28,783 nt of DNA, taken from positions 3,733,497 to 3,762,279 of the forward strand of contig NC_057720.1 of the NCBI RefSeq assembly GCF_004010195.1, in the 5' to 3' direction. This document shows positions 10,191 to 21,689 of the stretch, piece after piece. This DNA comes from Chiloscyllium plagiosum (lineage: Eukaryota). Each line of letters opens with the position of its first letter. Positions within the stretch are counted from its first letter, which is position 1. The notes beneath the pieces are model-generated. The model was not told where the DNA came from. It made no database searches and saw nothing but the letters and a program-made list of their open reading frames with translations. The translations under genes were made by a program, and so were the position numbers.

Positions 10191-11050
10191 TAACAACTAA
10201 TTATTCTTTCACCCAAATACAGTTCAGATTGGTCCAATCCGGTTCCTGACATTGTAGTCTAGTAGTACAATATGCGGTGGCCAGCAGGTTGAATAGACAT
10301 TTAACTTGTTAGCTAAAAGTGATGATGTTTGGGTTACTGGAAAATACATACAGTAGGCACTATTCCTCCACCTACCCACACCCACTTCTGGCTTCCACCT
10401 TCCTGCTCCCCCGGGCACAGATCAATATTAATTGATATTCCTCCCTCTTCCACTGAAGGGATTATATTTCACATGGTAGTCAGGCCAGTGAGAGTCAGGA
10501 AGTAATCTGATAGATACAGTGGTCCCATTGTTGGTCACAAGTCTGTCCCCAATTGATGTCGTCATACTTAATACATACTTTCCTGCCTGGGTCTAGAGCT
10601 GTGACTCTATAGCAGTGGCTGTTTGTGATGAGTGAGAGTTCATGCCCCACTTCAGTCTAGAATCTCGGCTAATAGTCCCAGGGTGCTGGATGTGCCATTG
10701 TTCGATCCAGGGGAGATTATGCCACAATGTTAATGCCACCACCCCACACTGGTGACACAGCAGCCCTGGAGAATACTCTGGAGAGCTGGGTTCAAATCTC
10801 AGCACTGCACATTGTGGAATTCACTTGGAAAAATCTAAAATTGAAATTTAGCCTCAGTGATGGTAACCATGACAACTATCATCATCTGGTTCAGTATATT
10901 TGAGAGGGAAGGAAATCTGTCATCCTTAATAAAAACTGTATGGGATTTCTGAAGTAGGGCCATTGGACCCAAAACATTGATTCTGATTTCTCTCCACAGA
11001 TGCTGCTAGAGCTGCTGAGCTTTTCCAGTGATTTCTGATTTTGTTTCTGA

Positions 11051-11317
11051 TTTTGGATGTAGGCTTGCTCGCTGAGCTGGAAGGTTCATTTCCAGACGTT
11101 TCATTACTATACTAGGTAACATCTTCAGTGGGCCTCAGGCGAAGCAATGCTGAAAATTCCTGCTTTCTATTTATATGTTTGGGTTTCTTTGCTTCACATG
11201 AGGCCATGGAAGATGGGTAAGTAGGATAACGAAAAGTCAGGAAATGAACCTTCCAGCTCAGCGAGCAAACCTACATCCAAAACGTCAACCTGAGCTACAA
11301 ATCCTCTCAAAACTTGC
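11051..11317. mobile_element. Fold-back PLE derivative of a second family
   Basis: TSD TTTGTTTCTGA at 11040-11050 and 11318-11328. Inverted arms 11051-11093 and 11240-11282 (1 mismatch). One-sided 35-nt tail at 11283-11317. Confidence 0.85.
11092..11131 (-). ncRNA. Minimal type I hammerhead ribozyme motif
   Basis: CCA-CTGAAGA-TGTTAC.CTAGTATA.GTAAT-GAAAC-GTC-TGG: intact core, stem I CCA/TGG, stem II, palindromic ACGT stem III. Confidence 0.75.
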
Positions 11318-11359
11318 TTTGTTTCTGATTTCCAGCATCCGCAATTCTTTCAGTTTTTA

Positions 11360-11499
11360 TGATGTGCAGATGCCGGTGTTGGACTGGGGTGGACAAGGTC
11401 AGAAGTCACCCATTCGTCCAGTGGTGTGACGAAGGGACGGCTCTCTGAAAGCGTGTGATTTCAAATAAATCTGTTGGACTATAACCTGGTGTCACGTGA
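11360..11499. mobile_element. Fold-back PLE derivative of a third family (same family as 4807-4933)
   Basis: TSD CTTTCAGTTTTTA at 11347-11359 and 11500-11512. Tail plus AAGTCAC on the left, inverted segment ending GTGACTT, decayed HHR GTGACGAAGGG..GAAAGC. Confidence 0.75.
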
Positions 11500-11629
11500 C
11501 TTTCAGTTTTTAATCTGCCATCCTTACCCAGTCTTGGTACACGTGACTCCAGACCCACAGCAATGTGGTTGATTCTTAACTGCCCTCAGTTCAAGGGCAA
11601 TTAGGGATAGGCAGCACTATCACGGTTTC

Positions 11630-11935
11630 ATCATCATGTTGCTACTGTGAGACCTTGCTGTGCACATAATGGCTGACACATTTCCTGTTTTGAAAGAATG
11701 AGTACCCCTCAGGAAGTATTACCTTCATAATGCGTTAAGGTAAAGTCATTAGAGTCCCATGGCGTAGCTCTCTCATTAGAGAGACAGATGAGTGGTGGGG
11801 CTTTAACCTGAGGCTCACCATACCTCAGGTGAGGGAAGAGGTTGAGATAGTTGGACCTTTATGGTACTCAATGAAAATAATTCTGTAAAGTGGTTTGGAA
11901 TAGAATGGGATCATGAAAAGGTTCCATATAAATAT
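11630..11935 (+). mobile_element. Possible DeuSINE-like remnant
   Basis: TTGCTACTGTGAGACCTTGCTGTGCACATAATGGCTG resembles the Deu domain and TGTAAAGTGGTTTGG..GAAAAGGTTCCATATAAAT resembles its tail. Recall-based and highly decayed. Confidence 0.4.
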
Positions 11936-11937
11936 AA

Positions 11938-12065
11938 TAATAGCAAGGTACTGTGAATGCTGGAATTCTAAGACAGATAGAGAGAACAGTGGAGAAACTC
12001 AGTGAGTCAGGCAGTATCTGTGGACAGAGACACAGAATTAACATTTCCAGTCCAGATGGTGCTCC
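11938..12065 (-). mobile_element. Old PLE terminal fragment
   Basis: GAATGCTGGAA..GGAGAAACTCAG..GGCAGTATCTGTGGA is homologous to 23590-23675. Possible TSD ATAAATATAA at 11928-11937 and 12066-12075. Confidence 0.6.
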
Positions 12066-12387
12066 ATAAATATAAATCCTCCTTTGTAGGACTAGAACTT
12101 GGCTACTGGTGACAGTAACTACATTTCACAGATCAGTTTTCAGTGGAGCAGGGTGAACTCCTTGTGTGTTTTTTATTGTGCAGGGATTGGGTTGCGACCA
12201 GTGCGGGTAACTGCATCAGACTGCATAATGCCAGACCTTAACACAGCCTCACTCCACTGAGACAATGCAGGTTCACATGAGCAATGGGGAGTGCTTCGGG
12301 GGACAGGTCAATTACTTGCAAAAACTTGTATTTGTTTTCAATCAAAATATAGCAATGTGATAATAGTAATAAGATCCGTTCACTGAC

Positions 12388-12479
12388 CTCTTGCGTTAGT
12401 GGATGTCGTAAAGCCCAGGGCACCTCCAGAATGTGCAATGTACCAAAGTCATCAGATACGGCCAGTAAGTGTTGCCTCA
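12388..12479 (-). CDS. DNAI3: DNAI3/WDR63 internal coding exon
   Basis: Acceptor tttttcattAG, donor GTCAGT, 92 nt, phase 1-0: (L)RQHLLAVSDDFGTLHILEVPWALRHPLTQE. Matches WDR63 GTLHILEIPW. Confidence 0.95.
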
Positions 12480-13211
12480 CTAATGAAAAACACAGATTAG
12501 GTCGGACAGGGGGGAATGTGCAAATATTCCAACTGTTGACTATACACAATGATAACCTCAATGTAATTTAAGTATTGAGATTGCATTTCACTGGTTTGTA
12601 GGTTAAAGCACTGCGCTCTGTGTCATTTTAAGTTTTGGCACATGCTGGAAGCAGGTCTAGCTAACCTTGAGCAGCAGTGATCAAATTACAGGGCCAACGT
12701 GTTCCAAGATCACAATGCCTTAGGGATACAGGCTCCAAGCCAATCATCCAGTCGACCGGCTGAATATTACATTTTTTTTGGTTTCTGAGTTGTGTTGAGC
12801 TTTTTGGAGGGTTTCTTGTGAGTTCTCAGTGAGTTTTCTCACTGTAACTTACTGAGCTTCCTCATTAACTACCTACCCTGTTCCCTGCAGCATCCCTCAA
12901 CTCCGATTTCAGTACCATGCCCTGTTCCTGGAAAAACTCACCACTCTCTCTCCTGTCTGTGCCATCTTTAAAACACCATTATGCCAATAGATGGGCACTG
13001 GCATTCCAAAATGCCCCTCCTCAGTCAAGAACATCTCCAGGTGAAGGGGCAGATGACACCGTGATTCTCCGGGTTGAGGGGGTAGTGCAGAGGAGGGGCA
13101 TCATGCCAACAGCCCTGGCCACTGAGTCGAGGTAAGTGCCATCTCCACAGTGAGGAGGAATGGCTAGGCACACTATGAGAGGGTCAATGACCATCTCCAC
13201 TCCACTGGGCT

Positions 13212-16200
13212 AAGTGCTCTTCCATCATTTCACACCCACTCTACTTGAGTGCTCTCTCTCACCAGCTGACACACACTCTATCTGAGTGTGCTCTCTCTCT
13301 ATCTCTCTCTCACACCAGCTCAAACCTACTCTATCTGAGTGCTCTCTCTCACCATCTCATACTCACTCTGATGCGCTGTCTCTCTCTCTCTCTCTCACCA
13401 GCTCGCACCCACTCTACCTGAGTGTGCTCTCTCTTACCATCTCACACCCACTCTATCTGAGTGCTCTCTCTCTCTCTCTCTCACACCCACTCTATCTGAG
13501 TGCGCTCTCTCTCACCAGCTCACACTCATTCTATCTGAATGCTCTATCTCACCAGCTCACACCCACTCTGAGTGCTGTCTCTCACCATATCTTACCCACT
13601 CTGAGTGCTCTCTCTCTCTCGCACCAGCTCACACCCACTCTACCTGGGTTCCCTCTCTCTCACCAGCTCACACCCACTCTATCTGAAAGCTCTCTCTCAC
13701 CATCTCACACACACTCTGAATGCTCTCTCACCAGCTCACACCCACTCTAGCTGAGTGCTCTCTCCCTCTCTCTCACCAGCTCACACCCACTCTGAGAGCT
13801 CTCTCTCACCATCTCACCCCCACTCTATCTGAGTGCTCTCTCTCATCAGCTCACACCCACTCTATCTGAGTGCGATCTCTCTCACCATCTCACACCCACT
13901 CTGAGAGCTCTCTCTCACCATCTCACACCCACTCTATCTGAGTGCGCTCTCTCTCACCAGCTCACACTCATTCTATCTGAATGCTCTATCTCACCAGCTC
14001 ACACCCACTCTGAGAGCTCTCTCTCACCATTTAACGAGGAGAAAGTGAGGTCTGCAGATGCTGGAGATCAAAGTTGAAACTTTATTGCTGGAACAGCACA
14101 GCAGGTCAGGCAGCATCCAGGGAACAGGAGATTCGACGTTTTGGGCACAGGCCCTTCTTCAGGAATGAGCCACCTGACTCAGGCTCAGGCTCATTCCTGA
14201 AGAAGGGCCTGTGCCCAAAACGTCGAATCTCCTGTTCCCTGGATGCTGCCTGACCTGCTGTGCTGTTCCAGCAATAAAGTTTCAACTCACCATTTAACAC
14301 CCACTCTATCTGAGTGCGCTCTCTCTCACCATCTCACACCCACTCTATCTGAGTACTCTTTCTCTCTCACCATCTCACACCCACTCTATCTGAGTGCTCT
14401 CACTCTCTCACCAGCTCACACCCACTCTGAGTGCTGTCTCTCACCATATCTTACCCACTCTGAGTGCTCTCTCTCTCTCGCACCAGCTCACACCCACTCT
14501 ACCTGGGTTTTCTCTCTCTCACCAGCTCACACCCACTCTATGTGAGTGCTGTCTCCCTCTTTCTCACCAGCTCACACTCACTCTGAGAGCTCTCTCTCAC
14601 CATCTCACACCCACTCTATCTGAGTGCCCTCTCTCTCACCATCTCATACCCACTCTATCTGAGTGCTCTCTCTCTCACCATCTCACACCCACTCTATCTG
14701 AGTGCTCTCTCTCACCAGCTCACACCCACTCTATCTGAGTGCGCTCTCTCTCTCACCAGCTCACACTCATTCTATCTGAATGCTCTATCTCACCAGCTCA
14801 CACCCACTCTCAGAGCTCTCTCTCACCATCTAACACCCACTCTATCTGAGTGCGCTCTCTCTCACCATCTCACACCCACTCTATCTGAGTACTCTCTCTC
14901 TCACCATCTCACACCCACTCTATCTGAGTGCTCTCTCTCTCACCTGCTCACACCCACTCTGAGTGCTGTCTCACACCATATCTTACCCACTCTGAGTGCT
15001 CTCTCTCTCTCTCGCACCAGCTCACACCCACTCTACCTGAGATTTCTCTCTCTCACCAGCTCACACCCACTCTATCCGTGTGCTCTATCTCTCACCATCT
15101 CACACCCACTCTATCTGGGTGCTTTCTCTCACCATCTCACACCCACTCACTCTGAGAGCTCCCTCTCACCATCTCACACCCACTCTATCTGAGTGCTCTC
15201 TCTCTCTCACCAGCTCACACCCACTCTATCTGAGTACTCTCTCTCTCACCATCTCACACCACTCTATCTGAGTGCTCTCTCTCACCATCTCATACCCGCT
15301 CTGAGTGCTCTCTCGCACCAGCTCACACCCACTCTGAGTGCTCTCTCTATCTCGCACCAGCTCACACCCACTCTACCTGAGTGCTCTCTCTCACCATCTC
15401 ATACCTGCTCTGAGTGCTCTCTCACACCAGCTCACACCCACTCTATCTGAGTGCTCTCTCTCTCACCAGCTCATACCCACTGTACCTGAGCTTTCTCTCT
15501 TTCACCAGCTCACACCCACTCTACCTGAGTGCTCTCTCTCACCATCTCATACCCGCTCTGAGTGCTCTCCCTCACCAGCTCACACCCACTCTAACCGTGT
15601 GCTCTATCTCTCACCAGCTCACACCCACTCTATCCGAGTGCTGTATCTCTCATCAGCTCACACCCGCTCTATTTGAGTGCTTTCTCTCTCACCAGCTCAC
15701 ACCCACTAGATCTGAGTGTTCTCTCTCTCTCTCACCAGCTCACACCCACTCTATCTGATTGCTCTCTCTCACCAGTTCACACCCACTCTATCTGAGTGCT
15801 CTCTCTCACCAGCTCACACCCATTCTATCTGAGGGCTCTCTCTCTCACCAGCTCACACCCACTCTATCTGAGTGCTCCCTCTCTCACCATCTCACACCCA
15901 CTCTGAATGCTCTCTCTCACCAGGTCACACCCACTCTGAGAGCTCTCTCTCACCATCTCAGACCCAATCTATCTGTGTGTGCTCTCTCTCACCATCTCAC
16001 ACCCACTCTATCTGAGTGGGATCTCTCTCACCATCTCACACACACTCTGAATGCTCTCTCTCACCAGCTCGCACCCACTCTATCCGTGTGCTCTATCTCT
16101 CACCAGCTCATACGTACTCTATCTGAGTGCTCTCTCACCAGCTCACACCCACTCTATCTGAGTGCGCCCTCTCTCACCAGCTCACACTCATTCTATCTGA

Positions 16201-18931
16201 GTGCTCTCTCTCATCAGCTCACACCCACTCTATCTGAGTGGGATCTCTCTCATCAGCTCACACCCACTCTATCTGAGAGCTCTCTCTCACCATCTCACAC
16301 ACACTCTGAATGCTCTCTCTCACCAGCTCACACCCACTCTATCTGAGTGCTCTCTCACTCTCTCTCACCAGCTCACACTCACTCTGAGAGCTCCCTCTCA
16401 TCAGCTCACACCCACTCTATCTGAGTGCGATCTCTCTCACTATCTCACACCTACTCTGAATGCTCTCTCTCACCAGCTCACACCCACTCTTTCTGAGTGC
16501 TCTCTCCCTCTCTCTCACCAGCTCACACCCACTCTGAGAGCTCTCTCTCACCATCTCACACCCACTCTATCTGAGTTCTCTCACCAGCTCACACCCACTC
16601 TTCTCTCACCATCTCACACCCACTCTATCTGTGCTCTCTCTCTCACATCTCACACCCACTCAATCTGAGTGCTCTCTCTCACCAGCTCACACACACTCTA
16701 TCTGAGTGTGCTCTCTCTCACCACCTCACATTCATTCTATCTGAATGCTCTCTCTCACCAGCTCACACCCACTCTGAGAGCTCTCTCTCACCATCTCACA
16801 CCCACTCTATCTGAGTGCTCTCTCTCTCTCACCAGCTCATACCCACTCTGAGTGCTCTCTCTCTCTCTCGCACCAGCTCACACTCACTCTATCCGTGTGC
16901 TCTATCTCTCACCAGCTCATACGTACTCTATCTGAGTGCTCTCTCACCAGCTCCCACTCTATCTGAGTGCTCTCTCTCTCTCACCAGCTCACACCCACTC
17001 TGAGTGCTGTCTCTCACCAGCTCATACCCACTCTGAGTGCTCTCTCTCTCTCACCAGCTCATACCCACTCTGAGTGCTCTCTCTCTCTCTCGCACCAGCT
17101 CCACACCCACTCTACCTGAGTTTTCTCTCTCTCACCAGCTCACACCCACTCTATCCGTGTGCTCTATCTCTCACCAGCTCATACGTACTCTATCTGAGTG
17201 CTCTCTCTCACCATCTCATACCCGCTCTGAGTGCTCTCTCGCACCAGATCACACCCACTCTATCTGAGTGCTCTTTCTCTCTCTCTCACCAGCTCATACC
17301 CACTGTGCCTGAGCTTTCTCTCTTTCACCAGCTCACACCCACTCTATCTGAGTGCTCTCTCTCACCATCTCATACCCGCTCTGAGTGCTCTCCCTCACCA
17401 GCTCACACCCACTCTATCCGAGTGCTGTATCTCTCATCAGCTCACACCCGCTCTATTTGAGTGCTTTCTCTCTCACCAGCTCACACCCACTATATCTGAG
17501 TGTTCTCTCCCTCTCACCAGCTCACACCCACTCTATCTGAGTGCTCTCTCTCACCAGCTCACACCCACTCTATCTGAGTGCTCTCTCTCACACCATCTCA
17601 CACCCACTCTATCTCAGTGCGCCCTCTCTCACCAGCTCACACTCATTCTATCTGAATGTTCTCTCTCACCAGCTCACACCCACTCTATCTGAGTGCTCTC
17701 TTTCACCAGCTCACACCCACTCTGAGAGCGCTCTCTCACCATCTCACACCAACTCTGAGTGCTCTCTCTCACCAGCTCACACCCACTCTATCTGAGTGTG
17801 CCCTCTCTCACCAGCTCACACTCATTCTATCTGAATGCTCTCTCTCACCAGCTCACACCCACTCTGAGTGCTTTCTCTCACCAACTCACACCCACTCTAT
17901 CCGAGTGCGATCTCTCTCATTAGCTCACACCCACTCTATCTGAGAGCTCTCTCTCACCATCTCACACACACTCTGAATGGCTCTCTCACCAACTCACACC
18001 CACTCTATCTGAGTGCTCTCTCCCTCTCTCTCACCAGCTCACACCCACTCTGAGAGCTCTCTCTCACCATCTCACACCCACTCTATCTGAGTGTGCTCTC
18101 TCTCACCAGCTCACACCCCTCTATCCGTGTGCTCTATCTCTCATCAGCTCGCACCCACTCTATCGGAGTGCTCTCTCTCACCATCTCATAACCGCTCTGA
18201 GTGCTCTCTCGCACCAGCTCACACCCACTCTATCCGAGTGCTGTATCTCTCATCAGCTCACACCCACTCTATCTGAGAGCTCTCTCTCACCATCTCACAC
18301 ACACTCTGAATGCTCTCTCTCACCAGCTCACACCCACTCTATCTGAGTGCTCTCTCCCTCTCTCTCACCAGCTCACATCCACTCTGAGAGCTCTCTCTCA
18401 ACATCTCACACCCACTCTACCTGAGTGCGATCTCTCACCATCTCATACCCGCTCTGAGTGCTCTCCCTCACCAGCTCACACCCACTCTATCTGAGTGCTC
18501 TCTCTCTCTCTCACCAGCTCATACCCACTGTACCTGAGCTTTCTCTCTTTCACCAGCTCACACCCACTCTATCTGAGTGCTCTCTCGCACCATCTCATAC
18601 CCACTCTATCCGAGTGCTGTATCTCTCACCAGCTCACACCCACTCTTTCTGAGTGCTCCCTCTCTCTCACCAGCTCACACCCACTCTATCTGAGTGCTCT
18701 CTCTCACCAGCTCACACCCACTCTATCTGAGTGCTCTCTCTCACACCAGCTCACACCCACTCTATCTGAGTGCGCTCTCCCTCACCAGCTCACATCCACT
18801 CTATCTGAGTGCGCTCTCCCTCACCAGCTCGCATCCACTCTATCTGAGTGCGCTCTCCCTCACCTGCTCGCATCCACTCTATCTGAGTGCGCTCTCCCTC
18901 ACCAGCTCACACCCAATCTATCTGAGTGCTC
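13212..18931 (+). repeat. ~5.7 kb complex minisatellite in a DNAI3 intron
   Basis: Unit of about 32-45 bp, CACCA(G/T)CTCACACCCACTCT(ATCT)GAGTG(CT)n, repeated well over 100 times. Generates all SHQLTPTLSEC-type ORFs. Confidence 0.97.
14036..14287. mobile_element. Young fold-back PLE derivative inserted in the satellite
   Basis: TSD (CT)CACCATTTAAC at 14023-14035 and 14286-14298. 36-nt tail at 14036-14071, perfect 100-bp arms at 14072-14171 and 14188-14287, 16-nt loop. Confidence 0.93.
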
Positions 18932-19574
18932 ATAATCACTTTGTCTCTGATACTGCATGCAGTTCCCACCAGGGCTCTGCCACTTTCATTATTACCTGCA
19001 ACATTTTCCCTCACTCACTGTCACCCGGCCCACCACCCCCACCTTCCCACATCACATATTCTCCATGCTGCCCACTGCCCCAACCCCGGGAAATGTTGCA
19101 TTGAGAGCTGTGGAACCCACTCTATTCCCTCAATGAGACAGAAAGGGCCTGTTTGGTTGGCAGGAGGCAGGGGGTTGTGGAATGTGATGCCTGGTCCAGG
19201 CCAGTTACCCGCTCTCCAAGAGCTCTGAGGTCTGAGGGGAAGCATTGGCAAGGCCAGCTCCTGCAACCCCCTACCGGCCGAGATACTGTCCCCTTGGTGC
19301 CAATGTCATACTTAGTGAGGCTGGAAACACCTCACCATGACAGCTCCACACTTGGTAGAAGGAGAAACAGTGCAGGAGGCTGAGGGGGAGCAGGCACCTG
19401 CTCAGCTTCAGGGAGTGGAGGACCCTGTGATGTCTGCAGAGTTTCTGTCCTCGCACACCGGGAGAACCAGGAGCAGCAGACAGGGATGTGGGGCATCATC
19501 GCCTTCATTGACTAGAAGCTGTAGCAGTCTGACCCCACCCGCTGCTTCCACAGATAGCCAGGACCCATCCACAG

Positions 19575-19895
19575 AGACTGACCTCCAACAACCACAACCA
19601 CCTTCCTATGTGTGAGGTATGACTCTAACCAGCAGAGAGTTTGCCCCCAATACCCATTGATTCCAGTTTTGCCCGGGCCCCTTGATGCCACACTCAGTCA
19701 AATACGGCCTTGATGTCAAGGGCTGTCACTCTCACCTCACCTCTAGAGTTCAGCTCTTTTGTCTATGTTGAATGAAGGCTGTAATGAGGTCAGGAGCTGA
19801 GTGACCCTGATGGAACCCAAACTGAGCGTCACTGAGCAGGTTATTGCTGAGTAAGTGCTGTTTGATAAGCTCTGTTGATGACACCTTCCATCACC
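19575..19895 (-). mobile_element. Non-LTR retrotransposon RT fragment, frameshifted
   Basis: Minus strand KQHLLSNNLLSDAQFGFHQGHSAPDLITA and VTALDIKAVFD*VWHQGA..KLESMGI correspond to RT motifs QFGF and LDIKxAFD. Confidence 0.8.
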
Positions 19896-19989
19896 TTCTA
19901 CTATAAACTGTTTTTGTTCATACAACATCCAGACACAAGCTTTGAACACATTGCATTGGTTAGCTGCTTTCTGACGAAACAATACGTAC

Positions 19990-20194
19990 ATGAGATAATC
20001 CAGGGCTTGATGCAACTTATTGCAACTGAAGAAATATTCTGTGTCTGTGAGGGCTCGTGGGTTTTTTCAAGTAAATCCCAAATATCAATGTTGCCATCCT
20101 CCTTCCCGATGATGACCACGCCTGGTCGGGTGAGTGACCAGTGACCGGTTGTGCAGCGTTTTGTCGCACACGCTGAATGTAGGAGGGGTCCCAG
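19990..20194 (-). CDS. DNAI3: DNAI3/WDR63 internal coding exon (WD40 repeat)
   Basis: Acceptor ccctgttcctactcAG, donor GTACGT, 205 nt, phase 0-1: LGPLLHSACATKRCTTGHWSLTRPGVVIIGKEDGNIDIWDLLEKTHEPSQTQNISSVAISCIKPWIIS. HWSLTRPGV and IDIWDLLEKTHEP are characteristic of WDR63. Confidence 0.96.
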
Positions 20195-20444
20195 CTGAGT
20201 AGGAACAGGGAAGCAAACCAGATCACTTTTACAAGCACCACGAGCACAAACATACAGCGCAGACTCTGCACCCCATACACAGTAACTCACCCATTTCAAA
20301 TCTCCTATTCATAAAGCGCAGGTTCACCAGCTTCTTAACCCTCAGATTTCAATAGTGCCCTGGTTGGAATCCCATCCCCCAGCCTCCATTCACTTGAACG
20401 CATCTAACATACTGTCACCCGGACCCTCACCCAGTGCTATCCAC

Positions 20445-20950
20445 AGAGAATCACAGAATTGTTACCATGCATATGGAGGCCATTCAGCCTATTATGCATT
20501 CACTAGCTCCCTGTACATTTTAACTCAATGCCAATGCCCCCCAGGCCTTTTCCCTTTGACCCCGCACGTTTCTATTGAAATAACCAGCCAATGCTCTCCA
20601 GAATGTCACAACTGAACCTGGCTGTTTTCAGGCAGTGCATTCCAGATCTGAACTACTCGCTGTGTGAAAAAGACCTTTCTTACTTTGCATTTGCTTCTTT
20701 TGCAAGAACACTTAAAATCTGCCCTCTCTGGTTCTTGATCCTTTCACAAGCAGAAACAGCTTCTCCCTATCTACACTGTACTGCTGACTCATGGTTTTTG
20801 AAAAGCCCCATCAGATCTCCTCTCAGGCTCCTCCTCTCCCAGGAGAACAGTCCCAACCTCCCCAATTCAGCACCACAACAGAGGCCTCTTAGCTGTAGAG
20901 CTCTTCTTGTAAACTTCTGCATGCTCCCCAGTACATCCACATCTTTCCTC
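20445..20950 (-). mobile_element. Degenerate CR1 LINE 3' region
   Basis: Reverse tail CACAGAATTGTTAC..GGAGGCCATTCAGCC, reverse IWNALP (GGCAGTGCATTCCAGAT) and reverse RRLRGDL (CAGATCTCCTCTCAGGCTCCT). Confidence 0.7.
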
Positions 20951-20956
20951 TAATGC

Positions 20957-21062
20957 GGGGTTACTCTCTGACCTTGCTCTGGGGGGGAGGGCCACCCTCT
21001 GACCTTGCTCTGGGGGGGAGGGGTCACTCTCTGACCTTGCTCTGGGGGGAGGGGTCACTCTC
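20957..21062 (+). repeat. G-rich ~31-32 bp tandem repeat, about 3.3 copies
   Basis: Unit CTCTGACCTTGCTCTG(6-7)AGGGGTCACT. Confidence 0.9.
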
Positions 21063-21689
21063 CACCAGTGGACCATGGTAATGATATCGACTCACACATG
21101 AAGTTGAAAAGTGTGCTTCCTTGTTCTGGCCATAAAGCCCCCACCTCCTACCCCATTCCCACACCCCACAAGCCCACCAGATGTTGCGTGATGCCACTGG
21201 AGAATATTGCATCTTCCCAATGTTTGCTTGGAGTTATTTTGCTAACACTCTTTGCCACATTGTCGACTTTGCAACTGTGTCTAAACATCATCACATGCGA
21301 CATGATTTGAGATTAATTAGTGACTAAACCCCACACTGATCAAGTTCCACGTTGGCAGAGAATGGAAACTTCTATCTGAAGGCTTTGTTTTGGTTCAGAT
21401 TCAAACCCCGGTGACAAAGGGATGGTTTTGTAAATCCGTGGGGCACCTCAAGCACTGAAATTCAATACAGTTCCAATTGTGTCTCTGTGAAGTGGTGACT
21501 CACGCTGGTAACTCTGGCAAGCTTTGCTCTGGCTAGGAACCTTCTCAATGGAAAATGGTGACAGGGAGTCATAAGGCAAATATTGAAACCTCACCTAAAC
21601 CAAAAGGATGTCGAATTCCTCCCAGTACGCCACACCTTGGAAAGAACCATCTTTAATATCATTTAAATACAATCTCAGTTTAAAAATAT

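Larger units (their letters stand above)
10929..11359 (+). mobile_element. Old PLE terminal fragment, host of younger inserts
   Basis: CTGAAGTAGGGCCATTGGACCCAAAACATT (decayed HHR), then CACAGATGCTGC..GAGCTTTTCCAG, and a tail GATTTCCAGCATCCGCA after the 11051-11317 insert. Confidence 0.7.
10760..11612 (+). mobile_element. tRNA-headed SINE split by nested PLE insertions (pieces ~10760-10928 and 11512-11612)
   Basis: B box GGGTTCAAATCTC near 10788. Target AATCTG(T/C)CATCCTTA is duplicated at 10914-10928 and 11512-11526. Tail GGGCAATTAGGGATAGG. Confidence 0.65.

Noticed and set aside
14036..14287. MITE / DNA transposon with terminal inverted repeats
   Set aside because: The inverted repeats are not terminal (36-nt one-sided tail), the TSDs are long and variable, and the arms are homologous to the 3' end of GIY-YIG-coding PLEs in this window.
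13212..18931. CRISPR-like array or repetitive protein gene (many SHQLTPTLSEC ORFs)
   Set aside because: The linkers are CT microsatellite rather than unique spacers, there are no cas genes, and the context is a vertebrate intron. The ORFs are short, occur in several frames and arise from the repeat.
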